This document shows positions 9,388 to 18,477 of a DNA stretch of 39,166 nucleotides, piece after piece. The notes beneath the pieces are model-generated. The model had not been told where the DNA came from and did not search any database. It saw only the letters and a list, made by a program, of their open reading frames with translations. The stretch covers positions 1 through 39,166 of the forward strand of contig CAZWEM010000046.1 in the NCBI GenBank assembly GCA_964632315.1, written 5' to 3'. Origin of the DNA: an uncultured archaeon (GTDB lineage Archaea > Asgardarchaeota > Lokiarchaeia > Sigyniarchaeales > SOKP01). Within the stretch, counting starts at the first letter, position 1; the number at the start of each line of letters is the position of its first letter. A program made the translations under genes and the position numbers.

Positions 9388-10725
9388 ATGAAGAAAAAAG
9401 TAATAATCATAGGGGCCCTTGGATACGATTTCCATTTATTTTTTCAAGTGTTCAAGGATAATGAGGAATATGAGGTTATCGCCTTTACTATAGCAGGAGA
9501 GCAAAATGTCGGTACTACTGATGAAGCTGAGAGAAAGTTTCCAGCAGAACTGGCTGGTAAGTTATATCCTGATGGCATTCCTATGGTATCTGAAGAAAGA
9601 TTAGAGGAAATGATAAAGAAATATGACGTAGATGAGGTCGTGTTTGCCTATAGTGATGTATCTCATGAAGAGGTAATGCATAAAGGCTCTAGAGCCCTTG
9701 CAGCAGGAGCTAATTATCGCTTGATCTCTGGTAGGTTTACTCAGATAAAAGCAAACAAACCCGTTGTTGCCGTATGTGCCGTAAGAACTGGTTGTGGTAA
9801 GAGTCAGGTTTCAAGAGCAGTATATCGTTATTTGAAGGGAAAAGGATATAAGGTAGTGGCAATCCGCGAGCCAATGCCCTATGGAGACTTGGTCCAGCAA
9901 AACGTGATGAGATTTGAGACTTATGACGATTTAGATAAGTATGATTGTACTATAGAAGAACGGGAAGAGTATGAGCCCTACATTCAGCAGGGATTGGTCA
10001 TCTATTCTGGTGTCGACTATGAAAAGATTGTAAGAGAAGCAGAAAAGGAAGCGGATGTCATTATTTTTGACGGTGGAAACAACGAAATTTCGTTCTATGT
10101 TCCTGATCTACTCTTTATTGTAGTGGATCCCTTACGACCTGGCCATGAAATGAAGTATCATCCCGGAGAAGTGAATGCTAGGTACGCAGATGTGTTTGTG
10201 ATCAACAAGATGAATAGCGCGAAAGAAGAAGATGTAAAAATTGTGGAGAAAAACCTTGATGAATTAAATCCAAACGCGATTAGATTATATACTAACTCTA
10301 TTGTAATTGCGGAAGATCCTACAAAGCTAAAAGGAAAGAGGGTTGTTGTGGTCGAGGACGGCCCAACTTTAACTCATGGAGGAATGGCAATTGGAGCCGC
10401 TTATGTTGCAGCTAAAAATGCGGGTGCTAAAATAGTGGATCCCAGAAAATTTCTTGTTGGTTCGATGAAAGAAGTATTTGAGGAATTTCCACAAATTACA
10501 GAAATTGTTCCGGCAATGGGATACACTGATAAACAAATCGAAGATCTAGAAAATACATTAAAAAATGTAAAATGTGACATTATTCTTAACGGAAGCCCTA
10601 TAGATCTTTCAAAGTTAGTAAACGTAAATAAACCTATTATTAAGGTAACTTATGATATTGAAGCATTAGGTACCCCTTCAATCGAGAGCGTACTCGATGA
10701 GTTCGTTTCAAAATTCATGAAATAA
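9388..10725 (+). CDS. arcE: cDPG-synthetase-like P-loop NTPase; probable arginine synthetase (ArcE)
   Basis: VIIIGALGYDFH, FPAELAGKLYPDGIP, P-loop AVRTGCGKS, PMPYGDL, CTIEEREEYEP, DGGNNE, VEDGPTLTHGGM, PAMGY; clustered with OTC and carbamate kinase. Confidence 0.8.
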   Translation: MKKKVIIIGALGYDFHLFFQVFKDNEEYEVIAFTIAGEQNVGTTDEAERKFPAELAGKLYPDGIPMVSEERLEEMIKKYDVDEVVFAYSDVSHEEVMHKGSRALAAGANYRLISGRFTQIKANKPVVAVCAVRTGCGKSQVSRAVYRYLKGKGYKVVAIREPMPYGDLVQQNVMRFETYDDLDKYDCTIEEREEYEPYIQQGLVIYSGVDYEKIVREAEKEADVIIFDGGNNEISFYVPDLLFIVVDPLRPGHEMKYHPGEVNARYADVFVINKMNSAKEEDVKIVEKNLDELNPNAIRLYTNSIVIAEDPTKLKGKRVVVVEDGPTLTHGGMAIGAAYVAAKNAGAKIVDPRKFLVGSMKEVFEEFPQITEIVPAMGYTDKQIEDLENTLKNVKCDIILNGSPIDLSKLVNVNKPIIKVTYDIEALGTPSIESVLDEFVSKFMK

Positions 10726-10798
10726 TAATAAAAGTAAATCTATATTTTTTTAGTTTAAAATTCTTTAATGTGTATTGGTTATTAGTTAGTGATCCTAA

Positions 10799-12985
10799 AT
10801 GATAGTAGAAAAAAAGGAATATGAAATCCGAGAAGTGCAGAAGGGATATAGTAATAGGACACTATACATCGATATTACTTCTAATAAAATTGAAATAAAA
10901 CCTGTTTCTAACGAAATGAAACAAAAATTTATTGGTGGAAAGGGTTTTGATTTATGGCTCATGTGGCATGCACTCCCTAAGGATCGCGTCGTTAAATGGG
11001 ATGATCCCATAAATGAGATCTGCATTTCTTCTGGTCCGTTAGGTGGGAGTATCTTTTATCCTGGCTCTGGAAAGTCTATAGTCACCACTATTTCCCCCTT
11101 AACTGGTATTGTTATTGATAGTAATGTGGGAGGATATTTTGGACCATATCTTAAATTTTCAGGATTTGATGCGCTTGAAATTCAAGGTAAATCAGATAAA
11201 GAAAAAATAATTTACATAGATGGGATAGAGGGTTTTGTTGAAATAGAAGAAATAGGAGATTGGGATAATCTATCAATATATTCACATGAACTTACCCAAT
11301 ATCTTACCGAAAAATACGCTAAAGATGACTCGGAAAAAAGTCAGATATCAGTAGTAAGCACGGGTCCAGCAGCAAGACATACAAATTGGGGGATGTTAAA
11401 TTTCTCTTGGTATGTGAGAGGTCGACAATGGGCTTCGGTCAAACAAGCTGGGAGAGGAGGAATTGGCACTGTTTTTGCAGATAAAAAAATTAGAGCAATT
11501 GTCTGCCGAACTCCAAAAGTGAAGTTAAATTCGAATAACGCCGCGGATTTGGAGACTGCTAAAAAACTTGGACAAACACACAGTCAAGAAATTATAAAGA
11601 ACGATCCCATCCAAAATGAAATGAGAAGAGTAGGAACTGGCCACTTACCAGATATCATGAATGTCACTGATTTGCTTCCAACAGAAAATTTTCGATTTGG
11701 GGCGCATAAAAAAATACGAGGAAAAGATATTCCATATAGCAGGGAGATAATGAGAGATATATATTCTGGGAGAGAAGGAGCAGATGGGTGCTGGATAGGA
11801 TGTACTGTGAGTTGTTCTCATTATTCTGAAAATCATGAAGTACTTACTGGTCCATTCAAGGGACAAAAAGTAATTGTGGATGGCCCAGAGTATGAAACTA
11901 TAGCAGGTTGTGGTTCTAATTGGGGCGTGTGGCATCCTAAATGGGTCTTAGAAGCAAACTTCTACTGTGATACGTATGGGCTTGACACAATATCGGTAGG
12001 AACCGGGATTGCATTCGTCATGGAATGTTTCGAAACGGGAATCTTAAATAAAGAAATTACGGGAGGTTTGGAATTAAATTTTGGTAACGCTTCCGCAGCT
12101 CTTGAACTAATACACCAAATGGCTCGGGGAGAAGGTTTTGGGATGACAGTTGGAAAGGGAATTAAAAAAATGAAAACATTATTCATTGAGAAATATGGAG
12201 CAGATCCTCAATTTCTTCAAGATATTGGGATGGAACATAAGGGATTAGAATTCTCTGAATATATGACAAAGGAATCGCTTGCCCAGCAAGGAGGATATGG
12301 ATTTACAAATAAGGGCCCTCAGCATGACGAAGCTTGGCTGATATTTGAGGATATGGTCCGAAACACGATTCCAAGCTTCGAAGATAAGGCAAATGCCCTT
12401 ACATTCTTCCCTTATTGGCGCACATGGTTTGGATTATGCGGGTTGTGTAAGCTCCCGTGGAATGATATTGTCCCCCCAGATAACAGCGAATACCCAATAA
12501 AAGACCCGGATACTGGAGCTTTGGTGAGAGCTACGATTCCCAAACACGTCGAATGGTATGCAAAGTATTATTCCGCAGTTACAGGTATTGAATCAGCACC
12601 TAATGATTTGATAACTATGTCAGAACGAGTTTATACCTTTCAAAGAATCTTTAACATACGGCAAGGTAAAGGACTTCGTGAAAATGATTCACATTTACCA
12701 TATCGAGCAATGGGACCAGTCACACCGCTTGAATATGAGAGTAGAGCTGAACGATATGACGAGCAATTAATGGAACTTGGAATTAGCATTGAGGGAAAAA
12801 ATACCACTGAAAAAATAAAAGTTTTAAGATCATATAGAGAAAATCAATATGTTAAGCTTCAAGATGCCGTATATAAAAAAAGAGGTTGGACAAAAAGTGG
12901 TTGCCCAACCATTAAATTAGTAAGGGAATTAGGAATTGATTATCCCGATGTAATTGCATATATCAAACCTCATCAAGACATTTAA
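10799..12985 (+). CDS. Aldehyde:ferredoxin oxidoreductase (W/Mo-pterin AOR family)
   Basis: FIGGKG, SPLTG..DSNVGG, QAGRGGIG, CWIGCTVSC, GPEYET, CDTYGLDTIS, GLCGLCKLPW, YKKRGW. Confidence 0.93.
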   Translation: MIVEKKEYEIREVQKGYSNRTLYIDITSNKIEIKPVSNEMKQKFIGGKGFDLWLMWHALPKDRVVKWDDPINEICISSGPLGGSIFYPGSGKSIVTTISPLTGIVIDSNVGGYFGPYLKFSGFDALEIQGKSDKEKIIYIDGIEGFVEIEEIGDWDNLSIYSHELTQYLTEKYAKDDSEKSQISVVSTGPAARHTNWGMLNFSWYVRGRQWASVKQAGRGGIGTVFADKKIRAIVCRTPKVKLNSNNAADLETAKKLGQTHSQEIIKNDPIQNEMRRVGTGHLPDIMNVTDLLPTENFRFGAHKKIRGKDIPYSREIMRDIYSGREGADGCWIGCTVSCSHYSENHEVLTGPFKGQKVIVDGPEYETIAGCGSNWGVWHPKWVLEANFYCDTYGLDTISVGTGIAFVMECFETGILNKEITGGLELNFGNASAALELIHQMARGEGFGMTVGKGIKKMKTLFIEKYGADPQFLQDIGMEHKGLEFSEYMTKESLAQQGGYGFTNKGPQHDEAWLIFEDMVRNTIPSFEDKANALTFFPYWRTWFGLCGLCKLPWNDIVPPDNSEYPIKDPDTGALVRATIPKHVEWYAKYYSAVTGIESAPNDLITMSERVYTFQRIFNIRQGKGLRENDSHLPYRAMGPVTPLEYESRAERYDEQLMELGISIEGKNTTEKIKVLRSYRENQYVKLQDAVYKKRGWTKSGCPTIKLVRELGIDYPDVIAYIKPHQDI

Positions 12986-12987
12986 GT

Positions 12988-13016
12988 CTTATTCTTATCT
13001 TTTTTCCTTGCTTTTA
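12988..13016 (+). terminator. T-rich terminator after AOR
   Basis: CTTTTTTCCTTGCTTTT tract after the stop codon. Confidence 0.45.
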
Positions 13017-13077
13017 CTAATGATCTTGTGTTAAAGATTCTCTCCAATTCCCTATTTCAATGCATTTAATTAAAACA

Positions 13078-13092
13078 TGGGAATCTATTCCC
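13078..13092. promoter_or_regulatory. TGGG-N8-CCC putative operator upstream of the PDH-like/OTC/CK genes
   Basis: TGGGAATCTATTCCC (palindrome GGGAAT-CT-ATTCCC); TATA-like TTATATA at ~13140. Confidence 0.65.
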
Positions 13093-13180
13093 CTACTAAC
13101 ATCAAAATTAAAGCTTTTTTAAAATAAATTATAATTAAGTTATATACTAATAATTGCAATTATTTTAATCGAGATCATTT

Positions 13181-15262
13181 ATGGATTTCATAACAACTCA
13201 TCCCATTTTAGATATTCCTGATCGGAAACGAGTTCAGTTCACCTTTAATGGAGATGCTTACGAAGCATTTGAGGGAATGGTCATATCTTCAGCTTTATTT
13301 TTGAACGGAATCAAAATTTTTGGACATCATCCCAAAGATCAAAGCCCTCAAGGGATATTTTGCGCGAATGGTCAATGTTCGCAATGTAATGTTATTGTGA
13401 ATGGATTTCCTACGAAGGGGTGTATGACACCACTCAAGAACGGCATGGTCATTGAGAGTTGTAAAGGCATACCAGAATTACCACCTGTTGATGACCTTGT
13501 AGAAGTTGGCGATGTTAAGTCAATTGAGACAGAAGTTTTAATAGTTGGAGGTGGTCCTGCTGGGCTTTCAGCAGCGAGAGTATTTGGAATGGAGGGGATA
13601 GATGTCATCTTAATCGATGATAAGTTAAAATTGGGCGGAAAATTAATACTTCAGACCCATAAATTCTTTGGTTCACAAGAAGACGTTTATGCCGGAAAAA
13701 GGGGGATCGATATTGCAAAAATTTTAGCGCAGGAAGTACAATCCTATGAATCCGTTAAAGTATTTCTAAATAACTCGGCATTGGCAATATTTAGCGATAA
13801 GAAAGTAGGAATCCTAAAGAATGCAGAAGAATATCTTTTAATAAAGCCTAAGTATCTTTTGATTGCTACTGGAGCACGAGAGAAAATGTTAGTTTTCTCC
13901 GGAAATACTTTACCCGGAATTTATGGGGCAGGAGCATTTCAAACGTTAGTTAATCGAGATTTAGTGAAAGCAGCTGAAAAAGTTTTCATTGTAGGAGGAG
14001 GTAATGTAGGGTTGATCGCAGGGTATCATGCTATTCAAGCAGGAATCGGAGTTGTGGGGCTTATTGAAGCATTACCCGTGTGTGGAGGATATAAAGTGCA
14101 CGAAGATAAACTCAGACGTCTAGGAGTCCCAATTTATACAAACCACACGATAATTTCCGCTAATGGAAAAGAAAGGGTTGAATCGATCACAATAGGGAAA
14201 ATTGACGAATTTGGTGAAATTGTTGAAAATACTGAAAAAACATTTCCGTGTGATACGATTTTAATCGCTGTTGGATTAAATCCCGTGGATGAATTTTATG
14301 ACAAAGCGATCCAATTTGGAATGAACGTACGAATAGCAGGAGATGCACAAGAGATTGCAGAAGCTTCCGCTGCAATTTTTACTGGAAGAATTGAAGCTTT
14401 AAAAATGTTGGAAGATATGGGAAAGGTCATCGAAGAGGATCTTTCAAGCTTAGAGGATTTTGCTGATTTAATGAAAAAGAAGCCCCCAATGCCATCTAAA
14501 TCAAATTTTCCAGAAAAAGAAGAAGGAATTTTTCCCTTATTCCATTGCAACCAAGAAATTCCCTGTAATCCTTGTACTTCTGTTTGTCCCCAAGAACAAA
14601 TCAAAACTGAAGAGGATCTCATTACTAATTTGCCTTATTTCAAGGATGAAAAAGAGTGTATCGGATGTGGAAAGTGCGTTGCAGTATGCCCTGGGCTTGC
14701 AGTCACGCTGGTTGATTATAGGAAAGATAAAGATTATCCTTCAGTCACCTTTCCTTTAGAGCTCTCAGAATCAAGATTACAAAAGGGAATCTCTATTTTT
14801 GTTGTTAGTAATGATTCCGTGCTTGGAGAATTTGAAATTTCTCGCGTTCGTGTCTTGAAAGAATTTCCAAAGACCCAATTAATAACAATTAAGCTACCTA
14901 AAACTATAGTCAAAAAAGCTGTTGGTTTAAAATTACATCAGAATGTTTATGATCAAGAAATTGATACTTATCAAAAAGATTTCACTCCAAACGATACTAT
15001 TGTCTGTCGTTGTGAACGAGTCACAGTGGGAGAAATTCGCAAATGGATTCGTTATGGAGTAAGAGATTTCAATGAGTTAAAAGCATTAACCAAAGTTGGA
15101 ATGGGATCTTGTGGAGGAAAAACTTGTACTCCATTAATAAATAGAATTTTTCGAGAAGAAGGAATTGATGATTTTAAGATTGTTCAAGGAACTAAAAGAC
15201 CATTATTCATGGAAGTTCCCATGGGATACTTTGCAAGCGTAAGTAGAAAAGGAAGTGAATGA
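13181..15262 (+). CDS. Proline dehydrogenase/sarcosine oxidase alpha-like fusion: 2Fe-2S + FAD/nucleotide-binding + 2x[4Fe-4S] + BFD-like 2Fe-2S
   Basis: GIFCANGQCSQC, IVGGGPAGL, ATGARE, VGGGNVGL, CNQEIPCNPCTSVCP, CIGCGKCVAVCP, VCRCERVT, GMGSCGGKTC, RP. Confidence 0.88.
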   Translation: MDFITTHPILDIPDRKRVQFTFNGDAYEAFEGMVISSALFLNGIKIFGHHPKDQSPQGIFCANGQCSQCNVIVNGFPTKGCMTPLKNGMVIESCKGIPELPPVDDLVEVGDVKSIETEVLIVGGGPAGLSAARVFGMEGIDVILIDDKLKLGGKLILQTHKFFGSQEDVYAGKRGIDIAKILAQEVQSYESVKVFLNNSALAIFSDKKVGILKNAEEYLLIKPKYLLIATGAREKMLVFSGNTLPGIYGAGAFQTLVNRDLVKAAEKVFIVGGGNVGLIAGYHAIQAGIGVVGLIEALPVCGGYKVHEDKLRRLGVPIYTNHTIISANGKERVESITIGKIDEFGEIVENTEKTFPCDTILIAVGLNPVDEFYDKAIQFGMNVRIAGDAQEIAEASAAIFTGRIEALKMLEDMGKVIEEDLSSLEDFADLMKKKPPMPSKSNFPEKEEGIFPLFHCNQEIPCNPCTSVCPQEQIKTEEDLITNLPYFKDEKECIGCGKCVAVCPGLAVTLVDYRKDKDYPSVTFPLELSESRLQKGISIFVVSNDSVLGEFEISRVRVLKEFPKTQLITIKLPKTIVKKAVGLKLHQNVYDQEIDTYQKDFTPNDTIVCRCERVTVGEIRKWIRYGVRDFNELKALTKVGMGSCGGKTCTPLINRIFREEGIDDFKIVQGTKRPLFMEVPMGYFASVSRKGSE

Positions 15263-16433
15263 TCGATTGACAGAATACGATGCTATCATAATTGGAGCCG
15301 GAAGCATTGGCATCCCTTCAGCATTAGCCATCGCAAGAGAGGGGTTAAAAGTGTTAGTCCTCGATAAATTACCATCTCCTGCTCAAGCAGATAATAAACA
15401 TGCCATTGGAGGTGTCAGAGCAACTCATACTGAAAGAAGTAAAATCTGGCTATGCCAGAGATCAATCGAAATATTTTCAACATGGGAGGAAGAATATGGT
15501 GATGATATATGGTGGGAACAAGGTGGATATTGCTTTGTCTCCTATACTGGTGAACATGAACGAATGCTGAAACAAAACGTAAAACTGCAGAAATCTTATG
15601 GATTAAATATCGATTACGTAGATAAAGAAAAGATAAAGGTACTCATTCCAGGAATAAATGAAAATGGCCTTCTAGGAGGGACTTATAGCCCCGAAGATGG
15701 AAATTGTTCTCCCCTACTCTCTCTTCATGCTTTTTATAGGCAAGCACGAGATTATGGTGCTGAATACCGTTTTAGTGAAGAAGTTAAAAAAATAATTGTT
15801 GATAATGGCAAAATAAGTGGAATTAAGACCACAGAAGGAGAATACCACAGCTCAATTGTTATTAATGCTGCGGGGGGGAATGCAAAAGAAATCGGAAAGA
15901 TGGTTAATGTTGATTTACAAGTTAACCCCGAATCGCATGAAGCAGGAATAACTGAGCCTGTGAAAAAGTTTTTCAATCCAATGGTGGTGGATATACGTCC
16001 CGCTCAAGATCCTAAATTTGGAAATTCTAAAAATTATTATTTCTATCAAAATAAAGAAGGGAAGATCATTTTTTGTGTTTCTCCCGATCCTTGTATTAAA
16101 GGAATGGATCGGAGAGAAACCAGTTCTTTCTTGCCACAAATAGCAAAACGAATGATCAATCTGCTTCCAAGGTTAAAAAATATAAAGGTGAGGAGGACTT
16201 GGAGAGGATTATACCCGATGACTCCAGATGGTAACCCTATTCTATGTAAATCAAAAGAATTGGAGGGTTTATTTCTAGCAGTGGGAATGTGTGGTCAAGG
16301 ATTCATGCTTGGTCCGGCAGTGGGAGAATTAATGGGTCGTCTTGTAACTGAAAAATTAACAATTCGAGATAAAGAAATTTTAGAAGACCTCTCTTATTAT
16401 AGAGACTTTAATCGAGAAGAAGTATTGAAGTAA
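15255..16433 (+). CDS. FAD-dependent DAO-family oxidoreductase (proline dehydrogenase/sarcosine oxidase beta-like)
   Basis: IIGAGSIG, VINAAG, RTWRGLYPMTPDGNPIL, GMCGQGFMLGP; overlaps the alpha-subunit stop (translational coupling). Confidence 0.9.
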   Translation: MNDRLTEYDAIIIGAGSIGIPSALAIAREGLKVLVLDKLPSPAQADNKHAIGGVRATHTERSKIWLCQRSIEIFSTWEEEYGDDIWWEQGGYCFVSYTGEHERMLKQNVKLQKSYGLNIDYVDKEKIKVLIPGINENGLLGGTYSPEDGNCSPLLSLHAFYRQARDYGAEYRFSEEVKKIIVDNGKISGIKTTEGEYHSSIVINAAGGNAKEIGKMVNVDLQVNPESHEAGITEPVKKFFNPMVVDIRPAQDPKFGNSKNYYFYQNKEGKIIFCVSPDPCIKGMDRRETSSFLPQIAKRMINLLPRLKNIKVRRTWRGLYPMTPDGNPILCKSKELEGLFLAVGMCGQGFMLGPAVGELMGRLVTEKLTIRDKEILEDLSYYRDFNREEVLK

Positions 16434-16489
16434 AATTTAAGGGATCGTTCATTATTTACTAACTAAATATTCAAAAAAATTGATTAATA

Positions 16490-17422
16490 ATGGTTAGACA
16501 TTTACTTAAGGTATCAGATCTTTCAAGATCAGAATGTGAACTCATAATAAACAAAGCAATTGATATTAAAAAAAATCCAAATAAATATTATAATTCCTTA
16601 GAGCACGAAACTCTTCTTATGCTTTTTGAAAAACCTTCTTTACGAACAAGAATTTCCTTTGAAACTGGAATGAATCAACTAGGAGGGCATGCAATATTTT
16701 ATTCAATTAAGGATTCACCTTTAGGAAAAAAAGAAAATATATCTGATACTTCCATAGTTGCTTCGAGGTTTGTAAATATCATTGCAGCTCGTGTCTTCAA
16801 AAGGCAAGACATTTGGGATCTCGCTAAATATGCTAGTGTCCCTGTGATCAACATGTTAGATGATTTCGCACATCCCTGTCAAATATTAGGAGATTTTCTT
16901 ACAATAAAAGAGAAGAAGGGTAAACTTGATGGATTTAAACTTGCTTACTACGGAGATGCTCATAATAATGTAACATACGACTTGATGAGAATGGCGGCTA
17001 TATTTGAGTTAGAAATGGATGTTGCTTGTCCAATGGGTTCGGAATACATGCCTGAAGATATTGTACTTGAAGAAGTAAAAAATCTTTCTAACAATTCTGG
17101 AGCAAAAGTAAGAATCATTCATAATGCTGAAGAAGCTGCACACTCTGCTAATGTTATATATACAGATAGTTGGATGTCATACGGTATTCCAAAAGATAAA
17201 GAAGAAGAACGGGTAAAGGCTTTTAATCCTTATCAAGTTACTAATGAAATATTGGATTTAGCAAATTCAGATGTAATATTCATGAATTGTTTACCCGCTA
17301 TGCGTGGATATGAACAAACAGCTGAAGTTATTGATGGACCACATTCAGTAGTTTTCGATCAAGCCGAAAATCGGTTACACATTCAAAAGGCAATTATGCT
17401 CTTTCTCAGAGGGAAATTCTAA
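16490..17422 (+). CDS. argF: Ornithine carbamoyltransferase
   Basis: FEKPSLRTR, HPCQ, YTDSWMS, FMNCLPA, FDQAENRLH. Confidence 0.96.
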   Translation: MVRHLLKVSDLSRSECELIINKAIDIKKNPNKYYNSLEHETLLMLFEKPSLRTRISFETGMNQLGGHAIFYSIKDSPLGKKENISDTSIVASRFVNIIAARVFKRQDIWDLAKYASVPVINMLDDFAHPCQILGDFLTIKEKKGKLDGFKLAYYGDAHNNVTYDLMRMAAIFELEMDVACPMGSEYMPEDIVLEEVKNLSNNSGAKVRIIHNAEEAAHSANVIYTDSWMSYGIPKDKEEERVKAFNPYQVTNEILDLANSDVIFMNCLPAMRGYEQTAEVIDGPHSVVFDQAENRLHIQKAIMLFLRGKF

Positions 17423-17508
17423 TAGCAATAACGCAAAATTTATAATTTTACCTATAATATTATTATTTTTCAAATTAACAATTTTAGAGTTGATATATAA
17501 TAGAAACA

Positions 17509-18414
17509 TTGATCATTGCGCTTGGCGGAAATGCCCTAATAAAGTTTGGAGAAGAAGGAACCACCGAAGAACAGTTTAAGAATTTAAGAGTTCCAATGTC
17601 ACAAATAGCTGAGCTTTCAAGAGAATATAATATTGTAATCACTCATGGAAACGGCCCCCAGGTTGGAATGCTTCTCATGCAACAAGAAGCAACTCAAGAG
17701 GTCTCAAAGAGACCACTACAAGTGTTAGTAGCAGAGACACAAGGACAAATTGGGTACATGATCGAATCGACGTTAGATGAAGAATTGATGAAGATCGGTC
17801 AAGATGAGCAAAAACTTTTTCTTACTGTTCTCACGTATGTTAAGGTTGACCCAGAAGATCCGGCTTTTCATAATCCTACAAAACCAATTGGACCTGCTTA
17901 TCCCCAACCAAAACCGGGCTATGTAAAGACTAACAAGGGATGGCGTCGAGTAGTCCCCTCTCCTAAACCTAAGAAAATCTACCAATGGAGAGAGATCAAG
18001 AGATTAATGGAATTAGGGAGTTGGATTGTCATTGCTTGCGGAGGAGGGGGAATTCCAGTAATCAAAGAGGGAAAAAGGTTATCTGGAGTTGAAGCAGTGA
18101 TTGATAAAGATTTAGCAAGTTCCAAGTTAGGAGAGCAAATCGGAGCCGATATTTTATTAATTGCTACCGATGTAGAAAAAGTTGCCCTTAATTATGGCAC
18201 ATCTGAACAAAAATTTCTTGATAACATTTCAATTAAAGAGGCATTAAAATACTTGGAAGAGAACCAATTTCCAGCTGGAAGTATGGGTCCAAAGGTTCAA
18301 GCTGTTGTAAATTTTCTCCAAACTGGTGGTAAAAGAGCGATTATTACTTCTATTGATAAGATCAAAGAAGCCTTAAAAGGAGAAGCAGGAACCCACTTCT
18401 ATATTGAAAAGTAG
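17509..18414 (+). CDS. arcC: Carbamate kinase (start uncertain: TTG 17509 or ATA 17500)
   Basis: IALGGNAL, THGNGPQVG, PTKPIGP, WRRVVPSP, GGGGIPV, EAVIDKD, GSMGPK. Confidence 0.96.
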   Translation: MIIALGGNALIKFGEEGTTEEQFKNLRVPMSQIAELSREYNIVITHGNGPQVGMLLMQQEATQEVSKRPLQVLVAETQGQIGYMIESTLDEELMKIGQDEQKLFLTVLTYVKVDPEDPAFHNPTKPIGPAYPQPKPGYVKTNKGWRRVVPSPKPKKIYQWREIKRLMELGSWIVIACGGGGIPVIKEGKRLSGVEAVIDKDLASSKLGEQIGADILLIATDVEKVALNYGTSEQKFLDNISIKEALKYLEENQFPAGSMGPKVQAVVNFLQTGGKRAIITSIDKIKEALKGEAGTHFYIEK

Positions 18415-18477
18415 TCTATTTTAAAGAAATTAAGCCATAAAAAATGATTATTTTATGCCTAAAAGATAATCATATAA

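Noticed and set aside
9388-10725. Annotation as cyclic 2,3-diphosphoglycerate synthetase
   Set aside because: No 2-phosphoglycerate kinase is nearby, and the OTC/CK/OAT context favours arginine synthetase.
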